DNA of 64,000 nucleotides from Actinomycetales bacterium (GCA_038252305.1 JBBSAL010000019.1:1156-65155), one strand, 5' to 3'; counted from the first letter of the stretch, positions 39,449 through 50,579 are shown. The notes: generated by a model not told the origin, from the letters alone. Numbers and translations are program-made.

Positions 39449-41341
39449 TCAGTCGCGAACGAGGGCTCGGGCACGCGCCAGCCGGACGGCCCGCGAGAGA
39501 GCATGGATGTCGTAGGCCCCGTGGTGGCGCTCACCGTTGATGAAGAAGGTAGGTGTGCCACGCACGCCACTGAGGTTCGCGCTCTCGACGTCGCCGGCGA
39601 TGCGGGCCTCGTGCTCGTGCGTACGCAGCTCGCTCGCGAACCGGTCGACGTCGAGGCCGAGTGCCGCGGCGTGGTGCTCGAGCTGGTCGGCCCCGAGGGC
39701 GTCCTGGCGGTCGAGGAGGAGGTCGTGCATCGCCCAGAACACTCCTTGGCTGCCCGCGGCCTCGGCCGCCTCGGCCGCGAGCTGTGCGTGGGGGTGCACG
39801 TCGTGCAACGGCAGGTGGCGCCACACGTAGCGGACGTCCCCGAACTCCGCGAGCAGCTGGCGCACCGCGCGTTCGGCCTGACCGCAGTACGGGCACTGGA
39901 AGTCGCCGTACTCCACGACGGTGACGGGTGACTGTGTCGGCCCTCGGATGTGGTCACGCTGCGGGTCGACCGGCACGGCGAGGTCGACGAGCGACTGAGC
40001 GTCTCCGAGGAGAGCGCGCACGCGGCGGCGCGTGGGCAGACGATCCGTCACGGAGAAGACGACCCAGGTGAGCAGGGCGGAGAGTGCGGCCGCGAGAAGG
40101 ATGCCGAGCTTCGCCTCCGCGAGGGCCTGCCCCTCGAAGGCGATCGCCGCGATCAGCAGGCTGAGCGTGAACCCGATGCCGGACACGGTGCCCGCACCGA
40201 GAACGGCTGCCCAGCCGACGGACGGGCGAAGTCGACCCTTCGACAGCGCGGTGGCCAGCCAGGCGCCGCCGACGATGCCCAGCGGCTTGCCGACGACGAA
40301 CGCAACGATCACGGCCCAGGTGAGCGGCGACCGGAAGGCCGTGCCCAGGAAGTCGCCGCGCACCTGGATCCCCGCGTTGGCCAGGGCGAACAGAGGGACG
40401 ATGACGAAGCTCGTCCACGGGTGGAAGAGCTCCTGGAGCCGCTCGTTGGGAGGAATGGCAGCCCGGACTCCCTGCGTCGCCGAGCGCGCGAACTCCGGAG
40501 TGGGCTGCTCGCGGAAGTCTCGGAAGAGCCCGGTGGCCCGCTCGAGGTCCTCCCGACCCACGGGGCGAGCGAACGTGAGCATGCCCATCACGAGCCCGAT
40601 GACGACAGGGTCGACGCCCGACTTCTCCAGGGCGAACCAGGCAGCGACTCCGACGAGGAGGTAGACGAGGCCGACCCGGACGTGCAGCCGGATCAGGGCG
40701 ACGATGAGCCCCGAGAGCAGCACCGCGACGAGCAGCGGCACGAGCACGAGCTCCTTGGTGTAGACGGTCGCGATCACGGCGAGCGCGATCACGTCGTCGG
40801 TGATGAGCACGGTGAGCAGGAACGCCCGGAGCCGGTCGGAGAATCGCGGCCCGACGATCGCGAGCACTCCGAGCGCGAACGCCGTGTCGGTCGACAGCGC
40901 GACCCCCCAGCCGTGCGCCGTCCCGTCCCCGGTGGTGATAGCGACGAAGATCAGCGCCGACACGGCCAGGCCCGCGACACCGGCTGCGACCGGAAGGATC
41001 ACGCGACGTCGTTCCCGGAGCTCGCCGATGTCGAACTCACGCCGGGTCTCGAGACCGACTACGAAGAAGTAGAACGCCATGAGCCCGGAGTTGATCCACT
41101 CCAGCACCGTCAACGAGGACTCGTGCTCGCCCCACGACAGTCCGACCCGCGTGCTCCACAGCGACGTGTAGGACCCCGGTGCCAGGTTCGCCCACAGCAT
41201 GGCCACGACCGAGGCGCCGAGCAGGAGCGCCGCACCGCCGCTCTCCGTGCGGAGGAACGCCCGCAGCGGCGTCCTGAGGTAGCCCGACCGGACCGTTGCG
41301 TCCGCACTCGGCGGCTCGGAGGCCGGCTCGTCGATGCCCAC
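39449..41341 (-). CDS. nhaA: Na+/H+ antiporter NhaA fused to a DsbA/thioredoxin domain
   Basis: Motifs STDTAFALG, ITDD, FALANAG, GKPLGI and GIGFT. C-terminal YGDFQCPYC and GTPTFFING. Confidence 0.92.
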   Translation of the reverse strand: MGIDEPASEPPSADATVRSGYLRTPLRAFLRTESGGAALLLGASVVAMLWANLAPGSYTSLWSTRVGLSWGEHESSLTVLEWINSGLMAFYFFVVGLETRREFDIGELRERRRVILPVAAGVAGLAVSALIFVAITTGDGTAHGWGVALSTDTAFALGVLAIVGPRFSDRLRAFLLTVLITDDVIALAVIATVYTKELVLVPLLVAVLLSGLIVALIRLHVRVGLVYLLVGVAAWFALEKSGVDPVVIGLVMGMLTFARPVGREDLERATGLFRDFREQPTPEFARSATQGVRAAIPPNERLQELFHPWTSFVIVPLFALANAGIQVRGDFLGTAFRSPLTWAVIVAFVVGKPLGIVGGAWLATALSKGRLRPSVGWAAVLGAGTVSGIGFTLSLLIAAIAFEGQALAEAKLGILLAAALSALLTWVVFSVTDRLPTRRRVRALLGDAQSLVDLAVPVDPQRDHIRGPTQSPVTVVEYGDFQCPYCGQAERAVRQLLAEFGDVRYVWRHLPLHDVHPHAQLAAEAAEAAGSQGVFWAMHDLLLDRQDALGADQLEHHAAALGLDVDRFASELRTHEHEARIAGDVESANLSGVRGTPTFFINGERHHGAYDIHALSRAVRLARARALVRD

Positions 41342-41424
41342 CCGTCACGGTCTCATGCGGTCAACGACCCGTCGAGACAGTCGACGGCGCCCGCGGGTCC
41401 GTGCGCGAGATCGAAAAAGGAGCA

Positions 41425-42024
41425 TCAGCTGCGGTGCTTGCGGACGCGCCACACCACGGCGGCCACCAGTGCGACGGCGAGGACGATGAAGGCGGCATCT
41501 CGTCCGACGGTCTTCTCGATCGCGGCGTAGGAGGCTCCCGCGAGGTACCCGGCCGTGACCACCACGGCACCCCAGACGGCGCCCCCGGTGGCGTTGAAGG
41601 CGAGGAACGTGGGATAGGGCATCCGGGCGCTGCCGGCCAACGCCGGCATGACCGCGCGGAAGAAGGCGACCCAGCGGCCGAGCAGCACGGCCCAGCCCCC
41701 GCGGCGGGCGAGGAAGGCCTGCGCCGCGTCGAGCCGTTCGCGCCGCTTGTCCAGGAAACCTGCGCCGAGGATGCGCGGGCCGAGGTGGCGACCCACCTCG
41801 TAGCCCACGGAGTCACCCGTGATGGCCGCGAGGACGACCACCGCGATGACGGCGGCCAACGGCACGTGCCCTCGGTTGGCAGCGACCCCGCCGAGGACGG
41901 CCGCGGTCTCCCCGGGGAGCACGAAACCGACGAACAGTGCGTCCTCGGCGAAGACCACGAGGCCGACCAGGCCGAGGACGGCCCACGCAGGAGCACCGAG
42001 GATCTGGTCGAGCATGCCGCTCAT
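41425..42024 (-). CDS. DedA-family membrane protein
   Basis: Motifs GFVLPGET, GDSVGY and LLGRWVAFFR. Confidence 0.88.
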   Translation of the reverse strand: MSGMLDQILGAPAWAVLGLVGLVVFAEDALFVGFVLPGETAAVLGGVAANRGHVPLAAVIAVVVLAAITGDSVGYEVGRHLGPRILGAGFLDKRRERLDAAQAFLARRGGWAVLLGRWVAFFRAVMPALAGSARMPYPTFLAFNATGGAVWGAVVVTAGYLAGASYAAIEKTVGRDAAFIVLAVALVAAVVWRVRKHRS

Positions 42025-42076
42025 CCGCCCTCCCCTCCCTCGTTCCTAGGCGATCGGGCGCGACGTGCGTCGTGGC

Positions 42077-43663
42077 TCAGAGGGTGACCGACGGCTCCAT
42101 CGACTCCGACGGGGCATCAGCCCCGTGATGGGTCCGCAGCTCGATCTCCCGAAGGAACCACGTGAGGACGAAGGCCACCAGGACGACGGGGACGGCCGTG
42201 AGGAACACCGCGTCGAGCGCCGAGACTAACGAGGCGATCACCGGCTCGCGGACGGACGCGGGGAGACTGGCGATCACCTGGGGCGAGCCGGTCAGCCGCG
42301 CCGGGTCGACCCCTTGCAGCGCGCCGGCCGGAAGTCGATCGGCGAGCTGCGACGCGAGCTGGTTCGCCAGCACCGTGCCGAAGACCGCCGTGCCGAACGT
42401 GCCACCCATGGACCGGAAGAAGGTAGCCGAGGAGGTGGCGACCCCCATGTCACTGAGGTCGACCGAGTTCTGCATCGCGAGCACCAGGACCTGCATGACC
42501 AGACCGATCCCCGACCCGAGGCACAGCATGAAGAGGGCGGTGCGCCAGTACGGCGTGTCGGCGCCGACCGTCGAGAGCAGGCCGAGACCGATCGAGGTCA
42601 GCGCCGTCCCGATGATCGGGAACCGCTTGTAGCGGCCCGTCGTCGTGATGCGACGGCCGGAGCCGACCGAGGCGACGAACAACCCGGCCATCAGGGGGAG
42701 CAGCTCGAGACCCGACTGCGTGGGCGAGACCCCGCGGACGATCTGCAGGTAGATCGGGAGGAACACGATCGCCCCGAACATCGCGAAGCCGATGATGAAC
42801 CCGATGCTCGACGACACCGAGAAGATCCGGTTCCGGAAGAGCCTCAGCGGCAGGATCGGCTCGGTCGCCCGGCTCTCCCACCACACGAACACCACGGACA
42901 GCGCCCCGCCGCCGATCAGGTAGCCGAGGATCATCGGAGAGGTCCACCCGTCGGCCCCGCCGAGCACGAGACCGAGCAGCAGGCTGCTCACGGCGGCGAC
43001 GAGCAGGGCTGCCCCCGCGTAGTCGATCGAGTGCTCGCGTCGCACATGACGCAGGCCGTGCAGCGCCCGGTCGGTGACGACCAGAGCGAGGATGCCGAGC
43101 GGGATGTTGATGAAGAAGATCCAGTGCCACGACAGGTGGTCGACGAAGAACCCACCCAGCAGCGGCCCGGCCACCGAGGAGACCGCGAACACCGCCCCGA
43201 AGTAGCCCTGGTACCGCCCGCGCTCACGGGGCGGGATGACGTCCCCGATGATCGCGAAGGCGAGCGACATCAGACCTCCGGCGCCCAGCCCCTGGATCCC
43301 GCGCGCGGCGATGAGCTCGCCCATGCTGGTCGAGAGGCCGGCCAGGGTGGACCCGACAAGGAAGACCACGATCGCGAACCGGAAGATCGGCTTACGGCCG
43401 TACAGGTCGGAGATCTTGCCGTACAGCGGCGTCGAGGCGGTCGACGCGAGCAGGTAGGCCGTCACCACCCACGAGAGGTGCTCGAGCCCACCCAGGTCGC
43501 CGACGATGGTCGGCAGCGCCGTGGACACGATCGTCTGGTCCAGCGCCGCGAGCAGCATGCCTGTCATCAGGCCGAACAGGATCACCATGATCTGGCGGTG
43601 CGAGAAGTTGGTCGGGATGACGCCACTGGGCTGAGTGGGCGCGGAGGGCGTGCGGTTGCTCAC
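42077..43663 (-). CDS. MFS drug/H+ antiporter (DHA2, 14 TM)
   Basis: Motifs [21 protein letters not shown] and [10 protein letters not shown]. Confidence 0.92.
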   Translation of the reverse strand: MSNRTPSAPTQPSGVIPTNFSHRQIMVILFGLMTGMLLAALDQTIVSTALPTIVGDLGGLEHLSWVVTAYLLASTASTPLYGKISDLYGRKPIFRFAIVVFLVGSTLAGLSTSMGELIAARGIQGLGAGGLMSLAFAIIGDVIPPRERGRYQGYFGAVFAVSSVAGPLLGGFFVDHLSWHWIFFINIPLGILALVVTDRALHGLRHVRREHSIDYAGAALLVAAVSSLLLGLVLGGADGWTSPMILGYLIGGGALSVVFVWWESRATEPILPLRLFRNRIFSVSSSIGFIIGFAMFGAIVFLPIYLQIVRGVSPTQSGLELLPLMAGLFVASVGSGRRITTTGRYKRFPIIGTALTSIGLGLLSTVGADTPYWRTALFMLCLGSGIGLVMQVLVLAMQNSVDLSDMGVATSSATFFRSMGGTFGTAVFGTVLANQLASQLADRLPAGALQGVDPARLTGSPQVIASLPASVREPVIASLVSALDAVFLTAVPVVLVAFVLTWFLREIELRTHHGADAPSESMEPSVTL

Positions 43664-44160
43664 GGGGTGTCCTTCGTGCGGTGGATACGGGTGGAGTCGC
43701 CGGTCGCACAGGTCCGGGCGGGAACGGTCACCCGGGACAGGTCGTCGGCCAGTCGATCGAGGTGCGTGCGAAGAGCGGTCCTGTCGCCCGCTGGCCAGTG
43801 CGCGATCGCGTCGCGCAACGAGGCCGAGCGCCCGTCCAGGAACTGGATGAGCAGATCGCTGCCTTCTGTCGTGAGGTCGATGCGCTGGGCCCGTGCGTCG
43901 TCCGGGTCGCGGCTCCGCGCGACCATGCCCACGACCTCGAGCGCGTGGAGCTGTCGGCTGATCGTCGACAGGTCCACGTGCATCACTGCCGCGAGGTCGG
44001 AGGGACGCGCGGTGCCCGTCCGGTGGAGCTCGTTGAGGATCGCGAGCCCCGTCTTGTCGACCCGCTCGTCGATCCGCGTGTGTGGGAGACGGACGAGCGC
44101 TGCATAGAGCGCGCTGACCAGGGCGTTGTCCCCGGTCACGCGGTCAGGTGCTTGCGTCAT
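43660..44160 (-). CDS. MarR-family regulator
   Basis: Motifs DLSTISRQL and DPDDARAQ. Overlaps the MFS start. Confidence 0.88.
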   Translation of the reverse strand: MTQAPDRVTGDNALVSALYAALVRLPHTRIDERVDKTGLAILNELHRTGTARPSDLAAVMHVDLSTISRQLHALEVVGMVARSRDPDDARAQRIDLTTEGSDLLIQFLDGRSASLRDAIAHWPAGDRTALRTHLDRLADDLSRVTVPARTCATGDSTRIHRTKDTP

Positions 44161-44164
44161 GCAA
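44152..44164. promoter_or_regulatory. Candidate MarR operator overlapping the marR start codon
   Basis: TTGC-GTCAT-GCAA inverted repeat within an AT-richer patch. Confidence 0.5.
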
Positions 44165-44312
44165 CTAGTTCACGACAGTCTGCCGCTGCCGTCAAATCCA
44201 CGGCGCACGAGGACGATCGCTCCCCCGGGGCAACCCGTGCCTCCCCGCAGTTCAGAGGCCGGGCGCGCCGAAGCGCTGCGAGCCTCTGAGCGCCCAGGAC
44301 GCGGTGGGGAGG

Positions 44313-45026
44313 TCAGGAGGCGCCGGGCAGCAGGGCCTGGACCGTGATCAGGTGGACTGCGCCGGCGCGGCAAGCGGTGAGGTCGGTCGTCGCCACGAAC
44401 AGGGCGCGGGTCTCCCCCGGCGGGTAGATCCTCAGTCCGTCGGCGAGCTGAGGATCACAGGACGCCGAGTCGTAGTTCCCCGCACGGGCGATCCGCAGCG
44501 GCGCGTGGGCCGCACCTCCCGGCTCGAGCGTGACGGTGCCGTGCGGGGTGGACAGATCGAAGTCACCGGCCGCCCCGAGCTGGACGCCGGTGCCGTCCCC
44601 GACGAACGACACGCCGGGCCGTCCCTGGAGCGTGCACCGCGTGGTTCCCGTGTTGGTCAGCACCAGGTACGGCAGCACGCTGCCTGCCGCGCCGCCACCT
44701 CCTGACGTGAGCGAGGCAGCGAGGTTCGCCGAGAGGCAGCGACTCGAGCGCATCGAGCTGGAGGGGGTCGACGACGGGAGCGGTGCGGAGCTCGGACTGG
44801 GCGAGGCGCCAGAGATCGGAGAGTCGCTCGGGCCGGCTGACGAGCTGTCGGCCGACGTCGGCGCGCTCGACGCCGTGGCGCCCGCGCTGGGAGAGGTGCT
44901 CGGAGAGCTCGGTCCGCCCGTGACGGAGGCCGATCCGTTGCCGGCCGAGCAGCCGGCCAGGACGAGGGCGAGGGCCACGGCCGATCCCGTGAGCGCGAGG
45001 AGGTGACGACGGACTGTCGTAGTCAT
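44313..45026 (-). CDS. DUF4232-domain lipoprotein
   Basis: Lipobox LAGC, Ser/Pro linker, and C...GAAG...LTNTG..CTLQG.PGV. Confidence 0.85.
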   Translation of the reverse strand: MTTTVRRHLLALTGSAVALALVLAGCSAGNGSASVTGGPSSPSTSPSAGATASSAPTSADSSSAGPSDSPISGASPSPSSAPLPSSTPSSSMRSSRCLSANLAASLTSGGGGAAGSVLPYLVLTNTGTTRCTLQGRPGVSFVGDGTGVQLGAAGDFDLSTPHGTVTLEPGGAAHAPLRIARAGNYDSASCDPQLADGLRIYPPGETRALFVATTDLTACRAGAVHLITVQALLPGAS

Positions 45027-45167
45027 GCCGACCAGTCTCCACCGCGATGCATGAGGGAGCGATGAGGCCGCCCGCGGAGAGGGCTACGCCCGTGCAGGCG
45101 TGCGACCACTTCGGCAGCGAGCCCGGACGAGGTCACCCGCCCGATGGTGCTGCTTGCCGACGACTCG

Positions 45168-46811
45168 TCACCCGGCGGGCGTGAGCGTGATCACCGCTGC
45201 GCCGCCGGCGCAGCCGAGAGGCCCGGCTGCGCAGGCGTCGCTCGCCTGGGTGAGCGTCAGGATGCCGCCCTCGTCACCTGCGATCGTGTACGAGCCGCTG
45301 CCGGTGAGCTGGTAGCCACCGACGGAGCCCGTGTACGACATGCGGCCCGCGCGGCCCGTGGCATCGGTGGGGCTGTAGGAGAAGGTCAGCGCCGCGCCAC
45401 CGGCGCCTGCGATGGTGAACGGCTGGGTCAGGTCCGGGACGGTGCCGCTGAAGGTGATGTTCCCGGCCCCGCCGCTCGCCGTGTAGGCGGTCTCCTTGGT
45501 GTCGAAGGCGACGTCCGCCTTGGCCACACCCCGCCGCGACCGGGCCTCCATGGACACGGAGGCCGACTTGTCCTTCTCGCCCGGGGCGACGTAGGCGAAG
45601 CGCGCGTCCGCGGCGACCTTGGAGCCCGCAGGGTCGACGGAGGTGTCGCCGGCGAGGGTAGCGCTGACGGTGCCGCCGGTCGGGCTCCCGTCGACCTTGC
45701 TGCGCGGCGCCGCGAGGATCTGCACGGACGCGCTCGGCGCCAGACCGGTGCGCTTGGAAGGATCGGTCGTGGGGTCCAGAGCGACGCAACGGCCGGACTC
45801 CCAGCCCTTCTGCGCGGCCGAGAGCAGCCGGTCGGTGAGCATCATGGAGGTGAGGCGAGCGAGATTCGCCCACTGGTCGGCGAACCCCGCGGGAACCTTG
45901 CCGGCCGAGCGCCCGTAGGTGCGCGATGCGGCGGTGATGTCGCCTCCGACGTAGGAGAGCGTGTCCGTGACCTCAGCCCAGATGTTGTCACCCGAGCCGA
46001 ACTCCGCGGCCTGGCTGGTGGTCGTGACGTCATAGCTCACGACCTTGGCGTCGTCGTCGATCTGGCCATTGAGCTCGATGTCGACCACGGAGTTGGACCC
46101 GACACGACCAGCAGCACTGGTCGCCGATGCAGTGACGGTGGCCTTGGCCGTGAACTTGCCGGTCGGGTCGGGGCACGGGTTGACGGTGATCTTCACGCGA
46201 AGAGTGCCCGTCACCCCGTTCTCCGTCGTCGTCATCGTCCAGTCGATCGAGGCAGACTCGAGCGAGCCCTCGAGCGTCATGCTGCTCGTGCTCGCGCCCT
46301 GGTCGTCGTTCTTGGACTCGCGCTCCGGCGCCTCGCCGGGCTTGGCGCCGTTGGTCGTGCTGACCGCGGCCTCAGCAGCCATCCCGGAGATCATCCAGCC
46401 CGCGAAGACCATGCCGCCGAGAGACGGCGTGTCACCTGCGGGGACATGCGCACCGAAGCGACCCGCGTAGCCGGGGACGGCGCGGAACTGCGTCGTGCGG
46501 GCCACCAGCGCGGCAGTCATCGCGGTGTACGCCGTTCGCGCCTGCTCCGGTCCCCCGAGCTCGGCCTCCAGGCCGGAGAGCGCGAGCATCTTGCCCTCGA
46601 CGTCTGCCGACAGCACGGCGAGCTGCGACTCCTGCTCCTGAGTGGACAGTGCACGCACCGCGCTCGCCTGGGCGGCAAGATCGTCGGACGGGAGCGGGCC
46701 ACCGGTCGCTGACGGTAGTGCCGACGAGCACCCCGCAATCAGCAGCGTCACTGCCGCCGCGGTGCCGAACAGACGCACCAGTGCGGGAGGTCGGCCCACG
46801 AGATCCGTCAT
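45168..46811 (-). CDS. Large hypothetical lipoprotein
   Basis: Lipobox IAGC, RBS AAGGAG and a beta-rich Thr/Gly/Ser body. Confidence 0.72.
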   Translation of the reverse strand: MTDLVGRPPALVRLFGTAAAVTLLIAGCSSALPSATGGPLPSDDLAAQASAVRALSTQEQESQLAVLSADVEGKMLALSGLEAELGGPEQARTAYTAMTAALVARTTQFRAVPGYAGRFGAHVPAGDTPSLGGMVFAGWMISGMAAEAAVSTTNGAKPGEAPERESKNDDQGASTSSMTLEGSLESASIDWTMTTTENGVTGTLRVKITVNPCPDPTGKFTAKATVTASATSAAGRVGSNSVVDIELNGQIDDDAKVVSYDVTTTSQAAEFGSGDNIWAEVTDTLSYVGGDITAASRTYGRSAGKVPAGFADQWANLARLTSMMLTDRLLSAAQKGWESGRCVALDPTTDPSKRTGLAPSASVQILAAPRSKVDGSPTGGTVSATLAGDTSVDPAGSKVAADARFAYVAPGEKDKSASVSMEARSRRGVAKADVAFDTKETAYTASGGAGNITFSGTVPDLTQPFTIAGAGGAALTFSYSPTDATGRAGRMSYTGSVGGYQLTGSGSYTIAGDEGGILTLTQASDACAAGPLGCAGGAAVITLTPAG

Positions 46812-47136
46812 GACCAGCTCCTTGACGGAGGGCGCCATCGGCGCGGGCGACCACGGCAGGCCAAGGCGGCCCGAGATCGACATTAGCGCGGCAGGGGCCG
46901 GGGAAAACAGCATCCCGCGGGACCCGAAGGTGGGCAAGACCGCTGGACGCGCGGGCATCCGTCCGCCTGCCAGGAGACGAGCCGCTCGTACCGTCCCTCC
47001 AGGTCAAGAGTCCGTGGGCAGCCACCGGGCTCCTCTTCACGGCGCGGGCGCGGTTCTCCGAGCGTCAGGTGCGCCGGGCCCGGATCGGGCATCGTCGCCG
47101 GCACGAGCCGGCTCGATCTGCCCGGTGCTCGGCGTA

Positions 47137-47506
47137 CGGGGGCAGCGTGGTGATCAACTCGAGCGTCGTCGGCCTCACCGCCGACCCCGGGATCGCGCCG
47201 TACGCGACCGCCAAGCACGCACAGGTCGGCCTCATGCGGGTGGCAGCGAAGGAGGCGGCCGTCCGCGGCATCCGCGTCACCACCATCCACCCGGGACCGA
47301 CGAGCACGACGTTCCAGGCCGACGTCGAGCAGCGCGCGACGGGGCTCGACGCCGACGCGGCCGCGAGCGCCTTCGATCAGGCCATCCCGCTCGGCAGGCA
47401 CGCGAGCCCGGACGAGGTCGCCCGGCTCGTGCTGTTCCTCGTCGGCGACGAGAGCCGCTTCCTCACCGGCGCGACACTCGCCCTCGACGGCGGCATGAGC
47501 ATCTGA
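47137..47506 (+). pseudogene. SDR oxidoreductase, C-terminal fragment
   Basis: Has INSS, YATAK (YxxxK), PG and DGG. The N-terminal TGxxxGxG Rossmann motif is absent. Confidence 0.75.
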
Positions 47507-47782
47507 CCCGTGCCGGGGCCGCGACTGCAGCCGGAGCCACGCTGACCACGCGCTGGTGAAGAGACCAGGGCAGCAGCGCCCCGCGGTTCGACGAACACCG
47601 CGCCCGACGGGTCGGACGACTCGACCTGGACCGCGACCACGACGGACGGCCCACCCGGGCCAAGGCGCGCGAACGGCTCATCGAGCTGATGAGCGAAGCA
47701 CGCCGCAAGCGTCGACGTCGACCGGCGCGCGCAGACGTTGCCAAGCGTGGTCGCCGGTGATGCGGTGGCATCCTCGGAATAG

Positions 47783-47798
47783 TGTAGCGATGCCTACA
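47783..47798. promoter_or_regulatory. Candidate operator beside a -10 element
   Basis: TGTAG-N6-CTACA overlapping TACAGT (47795-47800). Confidence 0.45.
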
Positions 47799-47809
47799 GT
47801 TGAGCGAAC

Positions 47810-47956
47810 GTGAACCACGGCCGAACAGCGACCCCTCTGGAGACCGCGCTGGGCTTCCGCCTGGCGCGGATGACCCGGACCCTGCGATCCCCGTGGGCCG
47901 GCGTCCCCGAGCCGCTCGACCTGACGACCCCGAGTGACATGGGAGACCCGCGATGA
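47810..47956 (+). pseudogene. Internally deleted MarR-like regulator (48 aa)
   Basis: Manual translation: MNHGRTATPLETALGFRLARMTRTLRSPWAGVPEPLDLTTPSDMGDPR. Resembles MarR helices 1-2 only. ATGA-coupled to the MFS gene. Confidence 0.55.
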
Positions 47957-49554
47957 TGACGATCAGGGCCGTGACCCCTGGTGAACTCCCCGCCACTCCC
48001 CCGGATCACCACCGCGGGCACCACCCACTGGCCCTGGTCGTGATCGCGGCGGCCCAGCTCATGGTCATGCTCGACCTCACCATCGTGAACATCGCGCTCC
48101 CGTCCATGCAGCAGGAGCTGCACTTCTCCGCCACCGACCTCACCTGGGTCATCGACGCCTACGTGCTGGTCTTCGGCGGGCTGCTGCTGTTCGGCGGACG
48201 CACCGGTGACCTGTTCGGACGACGCCGGATGTTCGTCGTGGGGATCGCACTGTTCACCGTGGCCTCTCTTGCCGGTGGCCTGGCGAGCACACAAGGGCTG
48301 CTGATCGCCGCGCGGGTGGTGCAGGGCGCCGGCGCAGCAATCGCCTCCCCGACCGCTCTCGCCCTGGTTGCCACCACCTTCACGGAGGGCACCGAGCGCA
48401 ACCGGGCGATGGCGGTGTACGCGGGCATGTCCGCGGCTGGTGGTGCGCTGGGCCTGCTGGTCGGCGGCATCCTCGTCGAGGTCTCGTCCTGGCGGTGGGT
48501 GATGTTCGTCAACGTGCCGATCGGGGCAGCGGTGCTGGCCTTGACCCCGCTCGCCCTGTCCCCAGGACGTGGCACACGAGGGCGGCTGGACGTCTCCGGC
48601 GCGCTCACCGTGTCGGCCGGCATGGCGCTCCTCGTCTACGGCCTGGTCCGTGCGCCGTCCTCGGGCTGGGCCGACCCCGGAACCCTCATGTCCTGCGCAC
48701 TGGCGGTCGGGCTGCTGGCCGCCGTCGTGGCCATCGAGCGAGCCACCCAGCAGCCGCTGCTGCCGCTGGCGTTCCTGCGGGACCGCAACAGGGCGGGCGG
48801 GTATGCGGTCATGCTGCTGCTCGGAGCGGCCATGCTCTCGCTGATCTTCTTCCTCACCCAGCTCATGCAGGACGTCCTGCACTACACCCCGATCGTTGCC
48901 GGTGTGGCATACCTGCCGATCCCCTTTGCGGTGGCCACGACCAGCCTCGTGGTGGCCCGGCTGGTTCGGCAGGTCGGCATCCGGCCCTTCCTCATTCTTG
49001 GCCCGGCCCTGGTCACCGTGGGGCTGACGTGGGTCTCGGGGGTCAATGCCTCCTCCGACTACCTGCGGATCTTCGGCCCACTCGTCGTCGTCGGGGTCGG
49101 CATGGGCCTGTCGTTCGTGCCGCTGACGCTCAACGCGATCACGTCGGTACCAAGGCACGAGTCGGGGCTTGCCTCGGCGCTGCTCAACTCCAGCCAGCAG
49201 ATCGGCGGATCACTCGGGCTCGCCGCCCTGGTGACCGCCTCGACCACGGCGAGCCGCAACCACATGCACCAGCTGGCCGCCACCCTCGGGCCGAGCTCGA
49301 CCAGCCAGCTGCAGGCGATCACCGCCGCAGCCACCGTGCACGGCTATGAGGTGGCCATCCGGATCGGGGCCTCGGCCGCCGCGCTGGCCGTCCTGCTCGC
49401 CGTGCTCCTCTTGCGGCAGACCCACCCGGTCGAGGACGCACCCCAGCCCGGACCCGCTGCAGCCGGCGGTACGTTCGTGGCACCCGGGCGCCCGGGCGGC
49501 CTCACACAGGTCGACGAAGGCCGCCGCAACGGGCAACGGAGGAGCGGCGCATGA
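47953..49554 (+). CDS. MFS transporter (DHA2, 14 TM)
   Basis: Motifs LDLTIVNIALP, GRTGDLFGRR and WVMFVNVPIG. Confidence 0.92.
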   Translation: MMTIRAVTPGELPATPPDHHRGHHPLALVVIAAAQLMVMLDLTIVNIALPSMQQELHFSATDLTWVIDAYVLVFGGLLLFGGRTGDLFGRRRMFVVGIALFTVASLAGGLASTQGLLIAARVVQGAGAAIASPTALALVATTFTEGTERNRAMAVYAGMSAAGGALGLLVGGILVEVSSWRWVMFVNVPIGAAVLALTPLALSPGRGTRGRLDVSGALTVSAGMALLVYGLVRAPSSGWADPGTLMSCALAVGLLAAVVAIERATQQPLLPLAFLRDRNRAGGYAVMLLLGAAMLSLIFFLTQLMQDVLHYTPIVAGVAYLPIPFAVATTSLVVARLVRQVGIRPFLILGPALVTVGLTWVSGVNASSDYLRIFGPLVVVGVGMGLSFVPLTLNAITSVPRHESGLASALLNSSQQIGGSLGLAALVTASTTASRNHMHQLAATLGPSSTSQLQAITAAATVHGYEVAIRIGASAAALAVLLAVLLLRQTHPVEDAPQPGPAAAGGTFVAPGRPGGLTQVDEGRRNGQRRSGA

Positions 49555-50387
49555 GCAGCGGCGACCTGTTCTGGATCAAGGTGGCCTTCGCCGGCGCGGT
49601 CGCGGTGGTCGGCCTGTCCGGGACATTCTTGCCGTGGGTCCTCGGGAGGCGAGGATCCGACGAGCGCTTGCTCGCCCTGAGCGACACGTTCGCCGCCGGG
49701 GTGCTCGGCGGAGCAGGCATGATCCACCTGCTGAGCGCCGGCATCGACGCCTTCCGCACCGCGCTCCCTGCGCTCACCTATCCCCTCGCCCTCCTCCTGG
49801 CAGGAGGGGGATTCCTCTTCATCTTGCTGATCGAGGGAGTGATCGTCCCGGGCCACCCCGGCCACGACGCGTCGCCTCCCCCACCGAGCTCTGCCGCGAT
49901 CCAGCACGAGATGGACTGGCACCCAGGTGGCCTGGGGTCCTCGGTCTACCCGGTCATCCTGCTCATCGTGCTCTCGGTCCACTCGGTCATCCTCGGCCTG
50001 GCGCTGGGCGCCCAGAGCGCGCTGTCCGGCGCACTGATCGTCTTCCTGGCGATCGTGGCCCACAAGGGGGCTGCCGGTGTCGCCCTCGGAGTCGGCTACC
50101 AGCGGGCGGGCCTGACCCACCGCCACGCCCTGCCACAGCTGGCCTTCTTCTCGGCGATGACCCCGCTCGGGATCGTCGCCGGTGCGAGCATCGGTGCGGT
50201 GCTGACCGGACGCACCGAGCTGCTCTTCGAGGCGGCCTTCGACTCCATCGGTGCGGGGACCTTCATGTACATCGCCGCGCTCGACATCATCAAGACCGAG
50301 TTCGACAGCGAGACGTACCACGCACAGAAGTGGCTGGCGGCGGCCGCCGGGTTCGGCATCATGGCGCTCCTGGCGATCTGGATCTGA
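49551..50387 (+). CDS. ZIP-family metal (Zn/Fe) transporter
   Basis: Motifs FAAGV...IHLL, LSVHSVILG, AIVAHK, FSAMTPLG and GTFMYIA. Confidence 0.88.
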   Translation: MSSGDLFWIKVAFAGAVAVVGLSGTFLPWVLGRRGSDERLLALSDTFAAGVLGGAGMIHLLSAGIDAFRTALPALTYPLALLLAGGGFLFILLIEGVIVPGHPGHDASPPPPSSAAIQHEMDWHPGGLGSSVYPVILLIVLSVHSVILGLALGAQSALSGALIVFLAIVAHKGAAGVALGVGYQRAGLTHRHALPQLAFFSAMTPLGIVAGASIGAVLTGRTELLFEAAFDSIGAGTFMYIAALDIIKTEFDSETYHAQKWLAAAAGFGIMALLAIWI

Positions 50388-50579
50388 GCCGCCCGGGGTC
50401 AGGTCACACGTTCCCTGCCCGCCGCGTCTCTCCGAGCACGGAGCGAGACTCGGATCGCGCGGCGACCGGGCCCGCCGGCAGCCCCGCTGTCTGCACCGGG
50501 CATTGCGTCGTCGTCCCGATGGCCGGCTACGGGGGCGTCGGTGACATCCGCCCGGCGGGACGGAGATACCCTGCCCGGT

